DNA of 64,000 nt. Origin: Phormidium sp. (lineage in GTDB: Bacteria > Cyanobacteriota > Cyanobacteriia > Cyanobacteriales > Aerosakkonemataceae). The position numbers and the translations under genes were made by a program. Positions 28,231 through 37,942 of the stretch are shown piece after piece (position 1 is the stretch's first letter; the number at the start of each line of letters is the position of its first letter). The notes beneath the pieces are model-generated. The model was not told the DNA's origin, made no database searches, and was given only the letters and a program-made list of their open reading frames with translations. The DNA lies in contig CP143273.1 in NCBI GenBank assembly GCA_051013385.1, positions 544,001 through 608,000 of the forward strand. The letters are read 5' to 3'.

Positions 28231-29046
28231 CTATTTAATGGCGTAAGTGACGCTAATTTGACTTCTTACTTGTACCTCTGGCAGGGCAGATGGGTCATAA
28301 GGGGGAATACTTTGATTAATGTTAGAAAAAGGTGAAAGGGGAACAGCTTGTTTTGTGCCGCAAGCGGAAACAGAAGGGGGACTAACGATCGGATAAACTG
28401 TTACTAACAGCAATTCTCCTAATTGCACGCCCATTTCTAATGCCACACTTCGCACTTGAGTTTCTGCATCTCTAATAGCGTTGCGGCGTGCATTACTTTC
28501 TAATGGTTGACAGTTATTTACGGCATATTCAGCACTAATACCTTGTATAAATAATTGGTTGCTAGTTTCTGTTGCTAAATTCGCTGTTTTAACGACTTCC
28601 TGCATTCTTTCGCGAGTCGGTTTCGCAATGTTTACGAATAACTTAGGATTTTCTAAAGAACTAGTTTGAATTTCAATATTATTAGCTGGAACTGCGATCG
28701 AAACTAAAGCATCAACCACAGGTTTTAAAGGTTCTTCAGCTGGAGAAACTGTACCCTCCGTAACTGAAGGAGTGCTTCTTGCAGGGGTATCCAAAGGATT
28801 GCGGGAAGCAAAGCGAAATTCCAAGCGGGCGGTATCTGCGGGGGCACGTACTTGACCTTGACCAATTACAGTTATGGCACGTTGGTTAATTAAAAGTTGC
28901 GGCATAACGCCATTCGTAACTTGAGATACATTAATTTTATTTGTGGGATTTTCGGCAAGGCTGGTTTTGCTAGCTGATATCCATAGCCCCGTCACCACTA
29001 CGGCAGAAACCAGAGTTTTAGATAATACTGTTAAGAATCGATACAT
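28231..29046 (-). CDS. SIMPL (DUF541) domain exported protein
   Basis: Signal peptide; ITVIGQGQVRAPADTA; ends ISVTYAIK. Confidence 0.85.
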   Translation of the reverse strand: MYRFLTVLSKTLVSAVVVTGLWISASKTSLAENPTNKINVSQVTNGVMPQLLINQRAITVIGQGQVRAPADTARLEFRFASRNPLDTPARSTPSVTEGTVSPAEEPLKPVVDALVSIAVPANNIEIQTSSLENPKLFVNIAKPTRERMQEVVKTANLATETSNQLFIQGISAEYAVNNCQPLESNARRNAIRDAETQVRSVALEMGVQLGELLLVTVYPIVSPPSVSACGTKQAVPLSPFSNINQSIPPYDPSALPEVQVRSQISVTYAIK

Positions 29047-29190
29047 TTTGTTTTGCGACTAAACATTAATGTAAATGCCGAAATTGCGTTATTTTACCCA
29101 AAATTTCGCTGCCCCCTGTCATCTTAAGGTGTATCCAATTTAGAATATGGCTATAAAACAAATTACAAATCCTTGTATGAGGAACTAGCT

Positions 29191-29598
29191 ATGGCGACCA
29201 TAAATGATAATCAACAAAATGAGCAAATTGCCACCCTCTCTCCAACTTCCGAAGCTGTGACTACGCGGATTCGACCTTGGGGAACTGTTACTCTTTTGGA
29301 GGAAACCGATCGCTACAGGATTAATCGCATTGAACTGAAACCAGGTCATCATATTAGCACTCAGATGCACTATCACCGCAGCGAACACTGGATTGTAGTT
29401 TCTGGTACAGCTAGGGTTCTTTGTAATGGAAAAGAAACTCTGCTAATGCAAAAACAGTCTACTTATGTTCCTGCTTCTACACCTCATCGGGTGGAAAATC
29501 CGGGAGTTATTCCCCTGGTTATGATTGAAGTTCAAAATGGAGAATATCTTGGGGAAGATGATATTATTCGTTTCTCCGAAGATCCAGATAGTCATTAG
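29191..29598 (+). CDS. Cupin, type II mannose-6-phosphate isomerase C-terminal-like
   Basis: RPWG, QMHYHRSEHWIVVSGTA, IEVQNGEYLGEDDIIRF. Confidence 0.9.
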   Translation: MATINDNQQNEQIATLSPTSEAVTTRIRPWGTVTLLEETDRYRINRIELKPGHHISTQMHYHRSEHWIVVSGTARVLCNGKETLLMQKQSTYVPASTPHRVENPGVIPLVMIEVQNGEYLGEDDIIRFSEDPDSH

Positions 29599-29692
29599 AA
29601 TTTTCGCTGTGATTCGGGAAAAAGGGAAAAGTATTTTCCTTCAGCTTTACCCTTTCTCCTGAATAAAACTCAGAATTCTATTGACGATGAAC

Positions 29693-29926
29693 TCAAATCC
29701 AATTGACATCACGCAGCCAAGGCCAAATCCCTGTGTGTCTTCTCAGAGTGACATTTTCACTATGTTCGGAAATGACATCTCTGAGTTCTTGAGTTGTAAA
29801 AGTGTAATTCAATTTTTCCGCTATTTTAATGAAATCTTCCGGGTTACTAGCTTCTTTCATCTTTTCTCTTAAGGACAAATCGCTAGTAGCATCTTGTAGG
29901 AATTTGTGGGCACTTTCTTTGGTCAT
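29693..29926 (-). CDS. Nif11-like leader peptide family protein
   Basis: MTKESAHKFL..D.SLREKM....PEDFIKIAEKLNYTFTTQEL; ATG 29926. Confidence 0.8.
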   Translation of the reverse strand: MTKESAHKFLQDATSDLSLREKMKEASNPEDFIKIAEKLNYTFTTQELRDVISEHSENVTLRRHTGIWPWLRDVNWI

Positions 29927-30148
29927 TTTTTGAAAATACCTTATTAATAACAACCTATCTAATTTAACCTTAAACAGTATAACAATTAAGTTCCCAATTA
30001 CCAAACAAAAATTCCAAATAAACCCGGTCAAGAGGTTTGTAGATGGAGATTATAGCAATTTAAACCTCCTAGCAACCGGGTTGATTTTGGCTCGTCGCCC
30101 AAATGCGATAGACTTTCACACTTTGGCAGTGGGAAAATAATTCAGAGG

Positions 30149-30499
30149 TTAACGATTTTTGTCCAGCAGGTTTTCAAATTCTGCCTTGAGTGATTTGACA
30201 TTGGCAACTCTTCCGACTAAGAGATTTTCGCTTCCGGCATCTTTTAAGCGTTCTTTCCAATATTTGATACTATCAGAGTTATTTACCCAGAAATTAACTA
30301 TCGTGTTGATTACGTCATCTAAATCCCAACCTCGGTAATTAGGAACATTTTCTACAGATTGAATTAATGCGTCCAGGGTACATTTGTATGCGGCGACATA
30401 TTCCACTCCGGTCTGAGATTTTTGTTCTTTTCTTTCTTGTTGTTGATTAAAAAAGTATAAAATTGGAGAGACTCCGAGAATGTCGAAAGTGTACTTCAT
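30149..30499 (-). CDS. Hypothetical protein (116 aa)
   Basis: Clean ORF with AGAGGA Shine-Dalgarno-like sequence before the ATG. Confidence 0.75.
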   Translation of the reverse strand: MKYTFDILGVSPILYFFNQQQERKEQKSQTGVEYVAAYKCTLDALIQSVENVPNYRGWDLDDVINTIVNFWVNNSDSIKYWKERLKDAGSENLLVGRVANVKSLKAEFENLLDKNR

Positions 30500-30569
30500 T
30501 CCTCTACTCCTAATCTAAGAGACTTAGGCTTATTTGATGTCTTATATAGCAAATTTTTCCAATTTTGGG

Positions 30570-31475
30570 GTGACGAATTTTCAAGGGGAACTGGCGGCGC
30601 TAAGTGCGGCTTTTCTGTGGGCGATCGCTTCTGTGGTGTGGTCAAAGGTGGGACAACGCATTGGGCCACTGGAGTTAAATTTCCTTAAAGGTGCGATCGC
30701 AATTGTTTTTTTAGTAGTCACGCTGTTGCTGTCAGAACAGAGTTTACCAGCGATCGATCCTTTAGCTTTTTGGTTATTGTTACTCAGTGGCGCGATCGGA
30801 ATTGCGATCGCAGATACAGCTTTATTTGCGGCGCTTAACTCTTTAGGGGCAAGACGCACATTGTTATTAAAAATACTAACCTCGCCATTAGTAGCTTTAA
30901 TAGCTTTAGTTTTTTTACAAGAAACTCTCTCCGTTGCCGCTTGGTGCGGAATTTTTCTCACCCTATTAGGAGTAGCTTGGGTAGTTAGCGAAAGAGTTCC
31001 AGTAACAAATGGCAAAGAAGAGTTTTTTTGGCAAGGTATTCTTTGGGCGATGGTATCAACTGTAGGAGATGCGATCGCTGCAATTTTATCCCGTCTCGCA
31101 CTAACTCAAACCACAATTAGTCCCCTGTGGAGTACCCTAATTAGAATAACAACTGGACAGTTATTACTGCTAATTTTGCTATTAATAATCAACCTAAAAC
31201 TTAAGAAAAATTCAATTCTGAAATCCCAACCTGTGTTCACAATCAAATTATGGGGAATCATTACTTTTACTTCCTTTATTGGCACTTACTTAGGCATTTG
31301 GTTACAACAAATTTCCCTAAAATTTGCCCCGGCTGGAATTGCCCAAACCTTAAACGCCACTAGTCCACTTTTTGTTTTACCCATTGCAATTTGGCTGGGA
31401 GAAAAAGTCAGTTTTCGCGCCATTGCTGGAGTCTTGTTAGCTTTAGTGGGTATATCATTATTGTTGAGATTTTAA
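30570..31475 (+). CDS. DMT/EamA-family transporter
   Basis: GELAALSAAFLWA, about 10 TM helices in two repeats; start uncertain (30534-30570). Confidence 0.9.
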   Translation: MTNFQGELAALSAAFLWAIASVVWSKVGQRIGPLELNFLKGAIAIVFLVVTLLLSEQSLPAIDPLAFWLLLLSGAIGIAIADTALFAALNSLGARRTLLLKILTSPLVALIALVFLQETLSVAAWCGIFLTLLGVAWVVSERVPVTNGKEEFFWQGILWAMVSTVGDAIAAILSRLALTQTTISPLWSTLIRITTGQLLLLILLLIINLKLKKNSILKSQPVFTIKLWGIITFTSFIGTYLGIWLQQISLKFAPAGIAQTLNATSPLFVLPIAIWLGEKVSFRAIAGVLLALVGISLLLRF

Positions 31476-31498
31476 TCATTACCCAGATCCCCTTACCC

Positions 31499-31532
31499 AG
31501 ATCCCCGACTTCGCAGAAGTTGTCGGGGATCT
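31499..31532. repeat. 34-bp palindrome AGATCCCCGACTTCGCAGAAGTTGTCGGGGATCT
   Basis: Identical copy at 37859-37892. Confidence 0.85.
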
Positions 31533-31554
31533 ATATTCACAGGGAAGAAGTATC

Positions 31555-31719
31555 TCCAATTATTATGCAAAGTTTGGCTTTCAAACAGCAAGTAAATTTG
31601 GTGTGCAAGCGCCTTTTCCAGTTCCAGATGAAGCATTTATGATTTTGGGACTAAAACCTGATGCTTGGCATAATGTGGGCGGAACTGTCCGCTACCCCGC
31701 TTACTTCAATGAAGTTTAA
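31555..31719 (+). pseudogene. C-terminal remnant of a YhbS-like GNAT acetyltransferase
   Basis: Manual translation YYAKFGFQTASKFGVQAPFPVPDEAFMILGLKPDAWHNVGGTVRYPAYFNEV*; N-terminus missing. Confidence 0.75.
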
Positions 31720-32136
31720 TCATCGTATAGAGTATCTTTATCAAAAATTTTTCCACATGTACAATTATATTCCCGATTTAAGAGGAAATGTCTGGAAAAT
31801 TGAATTAACTTTCTTTGTCAAATAAAATTATGCTGTTAGTAGCAGTTGATGTGTTTATCAGGACAACTAAGGGAAATTACCGATTTGGTACAGAAGAATT
31901 TTCCAGAGTTCCTTACGTATATGAAAAACTAAAAGTAAAAGATAATCGATTTTGGGTTATCGAAGTTTGTCACTATGCCAAAAACGGCTTAAATTCCGAC
32001 CAAGATCCTGTGGCAAGTGTTTTAGTAATCCGGTACTAGAGGAACTAATTTAGTTAGAGCGATCGCCTAGAGCGTCAGTCCAGTAGAAGTATTTGACAAA
32101 ATGAACCAAATGTGGGTCGTTGCACAAACCCCGGCA

Positions 32137-32206
32137 GGGCGAAGCATTCGGGAAGAAAATCTTGGGTTTTGTATAATAAATAGTCGCCCGAATGCTTCGC
32201 CCCTAC
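32137..32206. repeat. REPIN-like GGGCGAAGCATTCGG...CCGAATGCTTCGCCCCTAC
   Basis: Second copy at 60475-60546. Confidence 0.8.
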
Positions 32207-32333
32207 AGATTACATATCTTTTTGTTTTTGTCAATCTCTTTTACTGGACTGGCGCTCTAGCTTGTGCTTACGTACAGGTTAGGCGATCGCCCTAACTAAT
32301 TATTACCATCTTCCTCAATAGTTAAAAATTTAA

Positions 32334-32915
32334 CTATCGATTTGCTAAATTGCGAATCATACTATTAGCCATAGCATAATGTTGTTGTATTGCTGGCAAA
32401 AGTGTGGAAGCATAAGTTACCACATCTTGATCTTGACCTTGTTCAGCTTGTCTTTGAAACAAGGCCGCAGTTTGAGCATGATCGTTTACCATTGCTCTCA
32501 TATAAGCTTGATCGAAACTTGCACCAGAAAGCCGTTGTAATTGCCGTTCTATTTGCTGATGTTGAGCATCCAATTGTCTAGGTAAAGTCACACCTTTTTG
32601 ACCAGCAAGCTGCATCAATTGATTATTTGCTTGCGTATGTTGATCGATCATTTGCTGTGCATACTGCTTAACATCATCACTGCTTGCTCTCTGCAATGCC
32701 AACTGACTTAAGCGTATTTCTGCTAAGTTACCTTGTGCTGCTCTATTCATAAACAGCCTGTCTGAAGAACTTAATCTATTTTGATTTTGTTCTGTAGTAT
32801 TTTGGCGGTTTTGTAATGTGCTAGGTTGACGTTCAGATTGCTCGGCTACAGCTACAAATGCTAAAGCAAGAACCATTCCAGTTCCTATCAGACTAGCAGA
32901 AAGTATGTTTTTCAT
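32334..32915 (-). CDS. DUF4142-domain exported protein
   Basis: Signal peptide; AEIRLSQLA, FDQAYMRAMVNDH, LPAIQQHY. Confidence 0.88.
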   Translation of the reverse strand: MKNILSASLIGTGMVLALAFVAVAEQSERQPSTLQNRQNTTEQNQNRLSSSDRLFMNRAAQGNLAEIRLSQLALQRASSDDVKQYAQQMIDQHTQANNQLMQLAGQKGVTLPRQLDAQHQQIERQLQRLSGASFDQAYMRAMVNDHAQTAALFQRQAEQGQDQDVVTYASTLLPAIQQHYAMANSMIRNLANR

Positions 32916-33125
32916 GAGCGATTAACAGTCCTGATTTATCAAAGTTTTTATTACTCTCAAAATCATAGCTACTGCCAATTAAAATCAGCTTCTACCCATA
33001 GATTAACTATGGTCTTACTTGAGAGGTATTTGAGCAAATTTTGTTATTTATTATTCATTTATAAGCAGAAACTTTTACCTTTAATTTCACACAAATGACA
33101 GATGACAAATAACTAACCCCCCCCA

Positions 33126-34040
33126 TTAAATATTCATTTTTACAGCAAATTTACCCCGATTTTTTAAAGCATCTAAAAAAGCGTAAATTGCTGGAGAATG
33201 CAGAGCATTTGCTAAAATTGCTACCCCAATTACTCTTTGCAAAGGTACTGGTAAATTACATTCTTTGATACCAATGGGTAAAGGTTCAGCAGCCAAACGA
33301 GGCATTATAGCTGCGCCTAAACCTTGTCCTACCATACTGACAATTGTTGAATCTTCGCGGATTTCATAAGCAATTTTAAGTGGGTATTCTGCTTGATTTA
33401 AATAGGGTAGGATGTAATCATGGCAAGGAGTTAAGGAACTAATAATTAAGGGGAATTCAGCTAGTTGTTGCCAAGAAATTTGATGAGTATCTAAATTAGT
33501 TTTTGGTGGTAAAAGAACGATGTAATCATCTCGCAGAATTTCCCAAGTTTCAAATTCATCACTAGAAGGTAAGTAAGTAAAGCCGATATCAGCAAATCCT
33601 GCACGCAAACTGTCTTCTATACTAAAAAAACTGTCATTTTCTGTAATTTTGACATTGATATCAGGAAAGATGGTGTGAAATTTGGCGATCGCAGTCGGTA
33701 AAATATGAGTTGCCACACTACGAAAACAAGCAACTCGCACAACTCCGCCTTGTAAACCTTTTTCTAAATCAGCTTCTTTTTCAATGGCATTTACTAATCT
33801 TAATGCTTGACTGGCATGAACTTTAATTCGTTCCCCCACAGGCGTTAAATGTGCGCCATGACGACCTCGGTAAAACAACACCACTCCTAACTGTTCTTCC
33901 AAGCTAGCAATAGCGTGGCTAACTGCTGATTGCGACATTTCTAAACGCAGTGCTGCTTCGCTAAAGTTTTTGTATTCTGCTACTGCAACTAAAGCAAGCA
34001 ACCCAGAGAGTTTTATCTGACTTTTGTTGATTTCATCCAT
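33126..34040 (-). CDS. LysR-family transcriptional regulator
   Basis: NFSEAALRLEMSQSAVSHAIASLEEQLG..LTPVG. Confidence 0.95.
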   Translation of the reverse strand: MDEINKSQIKLSGLLALVAVAEYKNFSEAALRLEMSQSAVSHAIASLEEQLGVVLFYRGRHGAHLTPVGERIKVHASQALRLVNAIEKEADLEKGLQGGVVRVACFRSVATHILPTAIAKFHTIFPDINVKITENDSFFSIEDSLRAGFADIGFTYLPSSDEFETWEILRDDYIVLLPPKTNLDTHQISWQQLAEFPLIISSLTPCHDYILPYLNQAEYPLKIAYEIREDSTIVSMVGQGLGAAIMPRLAAEPLPIGIKECNLPVPLQRVIGVAILANALHSPAIYAFLDALKNRGKFAVKMNI

Positions 34041-34218
34041 ATAGCTTTCACACCCACTGTTTAGATTGTGCCAAAAACCCCAGCCTCATTCCTCTTCCTA
34101 TCTATCGATTTTATTCATATAAGCTATTCAAGTAATAGATGGTTGCTTAATTGAATCAAGGGTACATTAGATTTATAGACAGATTTAAAAAAGCCTTTAT
34201 CAGGAGAAGTCTAAAAAA

Positions 34219-34500
34219 ATGCTGCACAATTCTTTACATCAAAATCAAGCAAACTCCCCGTTAATTCACGGTAGCCATTTGCCAGAAATTAAGTCAAACT
34301 TAACCACATTGATTAACAAGATTTGTCAAGGAGTTGTCACATTAATTAATCATGCTAGTGAACTAAGAGTTTGGCAAAGTAGCGATCGCAAAGGTCACAG
34401 TTGGTGGAATGCTTACGACCCCACCACAGGTAAATCTATTAGCTTAGATTCGGAAGCAGAAATGCGGATGTGGATCGAAGAACGCTATTACCAAAACTAG
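34219..34500 (+). CDS. Small hypothetical protein divergent from LysR
   Basis: ELRVWQ..DRKG..WW.AYDPTTG...SEAEMRMWIEERYY; AGGAG upstream. Confidence 0.75.
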   Translation: MLHNSLHQNQANSPLIHGSHLPEIKSNLTTLINKICQGVVTLINHASELRVWQSSDRKGHSWWNAYDPTTGKSISLDSEAEMRMWIEERYYQN

Positions 34501-34566
34501 TAAACTGATGAGTAAAAAATGGCTGAAGGTCAGTGTTTGGGTGGGTAATTCCCACCCTTTTAAATG

Positions 34567-35229
34567 TTAACGTTTCAGCGCCAAACTCAAGCCATCAGCA
34601 ATAGGTACCATACTGATACTTACTCGTTCATCTTGGAATAGTTTCTCGTTAAATTCACGGATCGCCTGCGTACTTTGATCTTGCACTTGGCGATCGGCAA
34701 CTTTTCCCGACCAAAGTACATTATCAATGGCAATTAACCCACCAGGACGGATTAATTTTAAACAACGTTCATAATATTCTTGATAATTCCCTTTATCCGC
34801 ATCGATAAAAGCAAAATCAAAAGTTTCTTGTTCTCCAGAATCTAACAATTCAGCTAAAGTATCTAAAGCTGGTGCAATTCGCAAATCAATTTTTTCTGCG
34901 ACTCCTGCTTCTTGCCAGTAACGACGAGCAACATTAGTATATTCTTCACTAACATCACAAGCAATAATCTTGCCATCTGGCGGCAAAGCTAAAGCTACAG
35001 AAAGGGAACTGTAACCCGTAAAAACGCCAATTTCTAAAGTTTTTTTCGCGCCAATTAATTGGACTAACAAAGCCATAAATTGACCTTGCTCTGGCGAAAT
35101 TTGCATTGTAGCGTAAGGATGATTAGCTGTTTCTTCACGCAAACGCCGCAAAATATCTGGCTGTCTCACAGAAACAGATACAAAATAATCATACAGTTGA
35201 TTGTCTAAGCCAAGTGTCTTTTTTGTCAT
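34567..35229 (-). CDS. Class I SAM-dependent O-methyltransferase (CCoAOMT-like)
   Basis: [26 protein letters not shown]. Confidence 0.95.
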   Translation of the reverse strand: MTKKTLGLDNQLYDYFVSVSVRQPDILRRLREETANHPYATMQISPEQGQFMALLVQLIGAKKTLEIGVFTGYSSLSVALALPPDGKIIACDVSEEYTNVARRYWQEAGVAEKIDLRIAPALDTLAELLDSGEQETFDFAFIDADKGNYQEYYERCLKLIRPGGLIAIDNVLWSGKVADRQVQDQSTQAIREFNEKLFQDERVSISMVPIADGLSLALKR

Positions 35230-35273
35230 TGTTCTTTAGGGAGTTAGTCATTGTTTAAGCCAGATATAGTATT

Positions 35274-35535
35274 ATATCGTTTACGTCAATGATTAATACA
35301 AATAGGGTAGGGGCGGGTTTAGCGAAAAGATTGGAATACTCAGTAATAAATATTAAACTCAAAACCCGCCCTTTCCCTTGCATCTGTAGCAAACATTTAA
35401 GTAATATCGTTTACGTCAATGATTAATACAAATAGGGTAGGGGCGGGTTTAGCGAAAAGATTGGAATACTCAGTAATAAATATTAAACTCAAAACCCGCC
35501 CTTTCCCTTGCATCTTTAGCAAACATTTAAGTAAT
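35274..35535 (+). repeat. 130-bp tandem duplication, each unit carrying a family B REPIN (GTAGGGGCGGGTTT...AAACCCGCCC)
   Basis: Two near-identical units; a further inverted REPIN at ~35620-35685. Confidence 0.9.
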
Positions 35536-35700
35536 TGATATAATCGATATTACATAAGCATATAAAGTTGAATTTAGAGAATGCGATCGGATGAATTTGG
35601 AGTGATTCCTATCACATCGGTAAGGGCGGGTTTTGTACCAAGATAGTCGATTATTGCCACTATTTTTGGCTAAACCCGCCCCTACAAATAACAGAACTCT

Positions 35701-36291
35701 ATGAAATACGATCCTGCAAAACATCATCGCCGTTCTATTCGCCTTCAGGGATACGATTACTCCCAGGCAGGGGCGTATTTTATCACCATCTGTACATGGC
35801 AACGCGAATGTTTATTTGGTCAAATTATCAATGGTGAAATGCAGTTAAGCCGCTGGGGAGAAATTGTTAATTCACATTGGCAGAATTTGCCCAAATTTCA
35901 TCCAAATTTAGAATTAGATGAATTTGTAATCATGCCCAATCATTTGCATGGCATCATCGTCTTAATCAATAACAATTCTGTAGGGGCGGGTTTAGCAGAT
36001 ATCTCAGGAAAAAAACAGATAACCTCTCAACAAAACCCGCCCTTCCCAATGCCACAAAAACAACCAAACTGCAAAAATGTACCAGAAATTATCCGGGGAT
36101 TCAAAACATTTTCTGCCCGTCGAATTAATCAGTTGCGTCGTAACTGTGGTGTACCCGTATGGCAACGTAATTATTACGAACACATCATTCGTAATGAAGA
36201 ATCATTACAGCATATTCGTCAATATATTATTAATAATCCTCTCACTTGGGAATTGGATCAATTACATCCTAACAGTCCATCTAAATGGTAA
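35701..36291 (+). CDS. Second REP-associated tyrosine transposase (different RAYT subgroup)
   Basis: HHRRSIRLQGYDY, YFITIC, MPNHLHGI (HUH), WQRNYYEHIIR, YIINNP. Confidence 0.92.
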   Translation: MKYDPAKHHRRSIRLQGYDYSQAGAYFITICTWQRECLFGQIINGEMQLSRWGEIVNSHWQNLPKFHPNLELDEFVIMPNHLHGIIVLINNNSVGAGLADISGKKQITSQQNPPFPMPQKQPNCKNVPEIIRGFKTFSARRINQLRRNCGVPVWQRNYYEHIIRNEESLQHIRQYIINNPLTWELDQLHPNSPSKW

Positions 36292-36472
36292 ACTGATTGC
36301 CCCTACGGAATGGTAACAATTCAGTTTGACAAATACGGACAACTGAAATCGATCGATCTCAGTTAAGCTAAACCCTTGAAAAAACCCATGTGAAACCTCT
36401 AAAACCGTCACATCCCAGCAATCATTATGCTGAAAATTAGCCAAGATCGACGCAATAAACAATATCTTTTCG

Positions 36473-37252
36473 GTGACTCAAATGTATTACAGCGTCATCA
36501 GTATTAACATTGGCATAGTCTTTTCCGTATTGTTAGTTTTTGGGATTTTAAAATGGTTGCAAATTCCCACAGGTAGTTTCCTTGACTGGGTAATTGCTGT
36601 GGCTATTTTTGAATGGTTGTTAGCAATTGTGACTATACCTTGGAATATCCATTTTGAAGCCAAAGAAGTAATTGTAGAGGCTACAGAATCAACAGAAAAA
36701 GGAATTAAAATTGAACAGAAACAAGTTAATTATGCTCAAGTTATCGCCAAGCGATCGCTCTTTGCAGCCATCACTCTCCACCTAATTTCTGCGATCGGCT
36801 TCTATACTTTAGCAGTTCTGGGGATTAGTGCGATCGGTTATCTAGGTTCTGCTGCTGCTTTATTACTAACAATTTTACGTCCAGCAGTTCGCGCCTATCA
36901 ATATTTAGCAGCGAGATTAACAATGATTCGCCAACAAGTAAAATATCCCCGTGAAGATATTTTAGAATTGCGGCATCGTTTTCGCGAATTAGAAGCAACT
37001 GTGCAAAGAATCGAAGAAAACTTAAATCCGGAATATCCCGACTCTTGGGTAGCTACACAAAAAAGACAACTGGAAGCAACACGCCATGATTTAAACCGCA
37101 TTGCTGGTAATTTAGAAGAATTAAAAGCTAATAATCAAGCTGAACATAACAGATTATCGCGAGAAGCAGAACAAGCGATCGCGCAACTTTCCACCGATGG
37201 ACAATTTCTCGATCATGTGCGGGAAATTATTCGCTTTTTCAAGACAGCTTAA
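36473..37252 (+). CDS. Hypothetical membrane protein with C-terminal coiled coil
   Basis: About 4 TM segments, PWNIHF motif, heptad-rich tail. Confidence 0.8.
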   Translation: MTQMYYSVISINIGIVFSVLLVFGILKWLQIPTGSFLDWVIAVAIFEWLLAIVTIPWNIHFEAKEVIVEATESTEKGIKIEQKQVNYAQVIAKRSLFAAITLHLISAIGFYTLAVLGISAIGYLGSAAALLLTILRPAVRAYQYLAARLTMIRQQVKYPREDILELRHRFRELEATVQRIEENLNPEYPDSWVATQKRQLEATRHDLNRIAGNLEELKANNQAEHNRLSREAEQAIAQLSTDGQFLDHVREIIRFFKTA

Positions 37253-37265
37253 GCATTCAGGCAAA

Positions 37266-37306
37266 TAATGATTCCCGAAAATATCTTCAATTTCCGGGAA
37301 TCATTA
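37266..37306. terminator. Hairpin between convergent ORFs
   Basis: TAATGATTCCCG...CGGGAATCATTA. Confidence 0.6.
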
Positions 37307-37322
37307 TATACACAACGCTTCA

Positions 37323-37451
37323 CTATAATCCCACAGCTACATATTGGAAAATTTCTTGGCTTTCTTGTTTCTCCAAATTCTTAGATTTAGAGCCTTTTTG
37401 TAATTCTGGTTTTTGCGCCAAAGTCATGTAAATATAAGCTAGCAGTTCCAT
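37323..37451 (-). CDS. Putative 42-aa small protein
   Basis: GAGG upstream of ATG; MELLAYIYMTLAQKPELQ...YVAVGL*; ends next to the hairpin. Confidence 0.45.
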   Translation of the reverse strand: MELLAYIYMTLAQKPELQKGSKSKNLEKQESQEIFQYVAVGL

Positions 37452-37858
37452 AATTCAACCTCGCCAATTTTTTAAAGACAGGGAAATTAGCTTGAAAACA
37501 AGCAGGACTTAATAGTTCAAGATGATAAATCTTGAATTCCTCTTACAGCGCCGCCTGTAATCGGAAACCGATCGGATCGTAAAATTACTTAGTGTCGAAC
37601 TTCACTTTCCCGTATTCTTACTTATCTATCGGTTGGATTATTTTTTCTCTCTGCTCTATCCAATATATAGATACACCCAAGAACATCGGATTCAGGAAAA
37701 TTTTCCTAAATTTTCACGATTGCAATTAAACATTACCTGTTTATCTTAAAGATACAGTAAAACTACAAATTTTTTAGTCACCTCTGAGACAATTATTAAC
37801 AATTTCAGTAATAGCACTTAAGTAGTCTTCAGTACTGAAGTTGGGACGATCGCTTTCA

Positions 37859-37892
37859 AGATCCCCGACTTCGCAGAAGTTGTCGGGGATCT
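37859..37892. repeat. Second copy of the 34-bp palindrome
   Basis: Identical to 31499-31532. Confidence 0.85.
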
Positions 37893-37942
37893 GGGTAGCC
37901 TATAATGGAATGGCAATTTAAGTTGCAAAAGATAAGCCACCG

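Noticed and set aside
29927..30031. Longer 112-aa version of the Nif11 ORF
   Set aside because: Nif11 similarity starts at ATG 29926; the extension is AT-rich upstream DNA.
31815..32295. ORFs 31815-32039 and 32101-32295
   Set aside because: No recognisable motifs; the first has a TTG start and the second spans a REP.
35274..35535. 130-bp duplication as CRISPR or ncRNA pair
   Set aside because: Only two contiguous units, explained by RAYT-associated REPINs.
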